A stretch of DNA of 63,583 nucleotides, the filler included, from Sphacelaria rigidula (Eukaryota): assembly GCA_964200075.2 (NCBI GenBank). It is 8 parts of 8 records of this genome, joined end to end, with 100 filler letters (N's around TTAATTAATTAA, not from the genome) between each part and the next. Parts side by side here need not be neighbours in the genome. Positions count along the whole stretch, not along the records: positions 55,724 to 63,583 come from CAXNAA020013198.1; 7 more parts are not named here. One strand, given 5' to 3'. Position 1 is the first letter of the stretch. Each line of letters starts with the position of its first letter. The translations under genes were made by a program, and so were the position numbers. This document shows positions 60,081 through 63,583 of the stretch, one piece after another. The notes under the pieces were generated by a model. It did not search any database, had not been told where the DNA came from, and saw nothing but the letters and a program-made list of their open reading frames with translations.

Positions 60081-60734
60081 TGGGCGACCACGCTTTTTAT
60101 GCGTTTCGTCGGCGGAGAATTACAGATATAGGCGGTCATGATTTTACCAACCGCCGCACCAGTTTCTACACATGTTCCAGACCTAAACCACTAACGTGAC
60201 ACCATCACTCATATCACAGAGCGCGGCGTGGGGTCAATTGGTGGGGTGACCTCCGTTGTCGCATAATCGGAGATGCACACTCCGCCATGATGCACAGGAT
60301 CGTGTGCGAACACGAAGTTGAAACTGGAAGAAAAACCCATATGTGAGGGGGGAAGGTAGTACGAGTAGCGGTACTTCATCATATGCTCGGTGAAGCAGGT
60401 CACTCCTTAGTACTTGTGTCACCGCGGAGATATTAAGGCAGAGTGCGGACTTGGTAGACCAGATACTATGTAACAGCTGGAGATGCCTGTACCTCCGGCG
60501 TTGTGGTAGCCAGGATGTAGATACGCTCGATCTAAGATTTTCAAGCTCCCTAGTGCGTAATCAAACATATATCTCTTGAGAAAGTAGCAATTAAAAAATT
60601 CAGGGAATATCTTTTTTTGGCCGTTGGGACTGACTGGTTCGGAGGAGCCCCCTGAAAACTAGTGCTGCTATGAGTACAAACTGTCATCCGCGCAATCATT
60701 ATCATGCGAACTTTTTTTCGCTGTTGACGTACAG

Positions 60735-60856
60735 GGTGGACGAATTGGACATGAGGACCAGATCGCATCACTACCGCAAGGACATCAAACCTGTCGATAC
60801 CGACGCCGGTACTGGTGCCGACGCCCACGCCCACGCTGAGGACGACAACATTCCGG
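60735..60856 (+). CDS. Unknown host gene exon (candidate)
   Basis: VDELDMRTRSHHYRKDIKPVD...EDDNIP; phase 1 donor fits the exon at 63060. Confidence 0.45.
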
Positions 60857-60874
60857 GTACGCCTTTTCGTCACC

Positions 60875-61287
60875 ATGGGTAAGACTACGATGGTATCTCA
60901 TCATCTTCGATCCCCTAACCGAGCAATGCTACGGTATGGGGGTGCACTTTTCTAGCGAAATATTGTCTAGTTCACGGGCTCCGAACGATTCAAGATGCAC
61001 AAGAATATGGGTCAGGGCGTCCTCGTTTGCAAATTCATTCGGGATATCCCCAGCACATTGGAGTAGTCACCCTGGCGTGCTTTCATATATTTTCACAAGT
61101 GGTTTTGCATGAGATCAAGGGCTCCCAACAATTCTAACCTCAAAGAATATTTGTGCACCCCTACCGTAGCAGCACTCAACCTTCGTTCTTGAATCAATGG
61201 AAACATCCTTGGTAAATGCTCTTTCACAGTAGCTCGTCTTCCACAAATCCAAGAATTTCACCTCTGACAATTGAAAACGAAATTACC
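60875..61287 (-). pseudogene. 18S rRNA: 18S rRNA fragment (about 150 nt), split by a MITE
   Basis: Minus strand TTCAATTGTCAGAGGTGAAATTCTTGGATTT...GCATTTACCAAGGATGTTT...CAAGAACGAAGGTT|AGGGGATCGAAGATGATGAGATACCATCGTAGTCTT matches the conserved SSU core. Confidence 0.9.
60921..61177. mobile_element. GAG...CTC MITE inside the 18S fragment
   Basis: Perfect AACC TSD. Confidence 0.9.
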
Positions 61288-61523
61288 GGGGATAAATTGT
61301 GATTTATTTCACGTATTGATTCGCCTTGTGATTTCCCGGAGGTATATCACGGTGAGCATCGCGCCGTGACTCGGTGTGCACAAGATCGGACTAATGTGCG
61401 GAAATAGTAAAAGTAAAAATCGCAGGAATGTTTTTTGGGGTGGGCATCCCCCTCATCACTCACGAAACATTTTTTGGTATCACACCATAATGATTCTGAC
61501 AATCAGCGCGGCAACCCTCGTCG

Positions 61524-61780
61524 GAGTGATGCTACGGTAGGGGTGCACAAATATTTTCTGAGATTATAATTGTTAGGAGCCCTGTATCTCATCCAAAACA
61601 TCCCTTACGAAATATGTGAGAGTACGCCAGAACATATATTTCAATGTGCCAGAGATATCTCGAATGAATTTGCAAACAGGGATGCCCTGACCCATATTCT
61701 TGTGCAATCTAGAATCGTTAGGAGCTCCTGGACCAGACAATATTTCGCGCAACAAGTGCAGCCCTACCGTGGCATTGCTC
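61524..61780. mobile_element. GAG...CTC MITE (reverse orientation)
   Basis: Perfect GTCG TSD. Confidence 0.9.
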
Positions 61781-62192
61781 GTCGCCGTGATTTCAAAAGG
61801 CAACCCGGTAAGCACGTCGCTACGACCCCAGAGTGTAATCAGGGTAGTCGGTGTTGTGGGTCCCTAGGATCGCCACGGTCAGCACCTCGTGGAAATTTTC
61901 GGAGAGTATTCGGGGGGGAAAGGATGGATTGATCCCTTGAGACAACGCACTCATCCCAAGGAGGCGCGCAGGGGAGAGGGGTGCACTCATGATTTTGCAT
62001 GCAGTGGTCAGAAGACCATTGGGCTCGCATCTCCAAAAAGCCGGGATGGAGCACGCCGGGTTCTCGCCGGGCCAGGCTCGCAATTAATCACCAAGCGCGA
62101 AGCGCCGTGATATGTCCGGGAGAGCGCATAAAGGGTGGGAGGGTGTATTCATGATCTTGCATGCCATCATCATATGAGCATTGACCTTCAGT

Positions 62193-62565
62193 CGTACTCA
62201 TTTGTTGGTTGCATTACTCGTCTGACCATTGGCCACGCATCCCTTTCGAGACGGGGCACCGTTCCTACTCCTAATAGAGACGCCTCCAACATTTCGGTGC
62301 TCATTACGTTTCTTCCATACATTACACGAGAACCTCTTACATATCTTATCCCCGTCCTGTTTCGCCTTCTGTGGTCACCATCTATCTCGTAGCTGAGCTA
62401 TGGTTTCCTCCCTAATGTCTAATGCATCTAACGGTGTCATGCGACCTTCTTTCGCGTCCCTCATATCCCCCTCTTGCACGTACCGTTCCTCCTTCTATAG
62501 TTCACATCCTGTCACTATTTGAGTTCTGCTCTTCATTGCTTTTGCCACAAGGGCAAGTAGTCGCA
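62193..62565 (-). mobile_element. 3' fragment of the LINE family at 13500-15720
   Basis: Encodes CPCGKSNEEQNSNSDRM-like and DRWWPQKAKQDGDKI segments; ends ...AACAAATGAGTAC. Confidence 0.8.
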
Positions 62566-63059
62566 TGAAGGGGGGGAAGAGTTAAAAGTAAGGTGAACAA
62601 AATATATCAGTTTTCGCCCCACGCAAAAGACTTCCCAGCGACAGTCCTTAGTCGTCATTAGCGCCGCGTTACGGAGGTGAGGCAAAAACGACGCTTGAAG
62701 CACGTCCGCACTCCGAGCGGTTCTGTAGTCGCTTCAACACTCTGGACAATGTATGGTCAACAGTCTCAATAGGCAAAGAATGCACCGCGTGAAGTATAGG
62801 GCCTCTTGCAAAACGGCCGACATTGAGTAGTACCCTTTCTTGTCTATTGCAAGTGTTGACTGTGTACTGTCATCGTCCAGAATGTGAAGCGATTGCATAT
62901 CATCAACAGCGTGATTCTGTTCATGCTGCGATATCAGGAGACAATATTTTCGCTATTCTAGAGCGAGAAAATCTTTTCTTTCGACTCGCTTTTAACGCTC
63001 CTCGCATTACTTCTCTCTGTTGTACTCTGTTCTTGGGTGGGGACGGGGGTGTTCTTCAG

Positions 63060-63207
63060 GAGCGGCGCATGCGCCTCACTTGGTCGAGATAAGCGCAATC
63101 CAAAGTCTGGACAGACACGCCCCTGATCAGAGGCTGGAGGTGATGGCCGATGCTCTCGTGAGCATGGCGCACAACATTAACAAGTTCTACAAGGACGTCA
63201 AGCACAG
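63060..63207 (+). CDS. Unknown host gene exon (candidate)
   Basis: TTCAG acceptor, GAAHAPHLVEISAIQSLD...MAHNINKFYKDVKH, GT donor. Confidence 0.5.
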
Positions 63208-63583
63208 GTGCTGTACTCTCATCAGTCCTGCTATTCAATCACAGATATGTCGCAAAAGGGTATAGGTGTCGACAGGAGGTGCACAACGTTTAGCTAGTTA
63301 GCCCAACGAAGATGGCGCAATACTTTACAGACGTCTGATGTGGTCACAGACTGATCCACTTCTACAAAAATATTTTACTATATACAGGTTCATGTTAAGT
63401 GAGCGCTCCGATACAGGGCCGTTCAATGTATTAGTGCTTCATGGCATCAACCACTTTTCACCCGTTCTTCAAAAGTCGTGTTACTTGATGGAAACTTTCT
63501 AAATAGCAACGAGCCACCAAAAAACAAAAAAAAAAGAAAACAATGAAACAGAGAAGGACCAACAAGCAAGACAGAAAAAACAA

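Noticed and set aside
60877-60884. Strong GGTAAG splice donor
   Set aside because: Part of the antisense 18S fragment and the wrong phase for the next candidate exon.

Overview
Eukaryotic, repeat-rich nuclear DNA, most likely from a brown alga (Phaeophyceae, Ectocarpus-like). Support: long GT-AG introns, CCCTAA repeats, a stramenopile-type 18S fragment, and LINE/Gypsy proteins resembling brown algal families (from recall, not a search). It is not one locus. Eight contigs of 7860-7861 bp are joined by artificial 100-nt spacers (N44-TTAATTAATTAA-N44). Host genes, all partial: a secreted Cys-rich protein, an EGF-like protein with a GC-AG intron, a coiled-coil/SAM/ankyrin protein, a possible glycosyltransferase-like ORF and some unknown exons. 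Mobile elements: two copies of a large Ty3/Gypsy element with a chromodomain, one near full-length decayed RTE LINE, a second LINE family, and many MITE/TIR families with readable target-site duplications (TSDs), often nested. Most notable: (i) a LINE family plus a non-coding partner whose shared 3' end (...ATGAGTAC) abuts C-runs and inserts at oligo-G tracts; (ii) a TG...CA MITE carrying telomeric repeats; (iii) a Gypsy with about 1000 extra codons ahead of gag and no visible tRNA primer site; (iv) an 18S rRNA fragment split by a MITE. All calls come from manual reading; no database searches were run.
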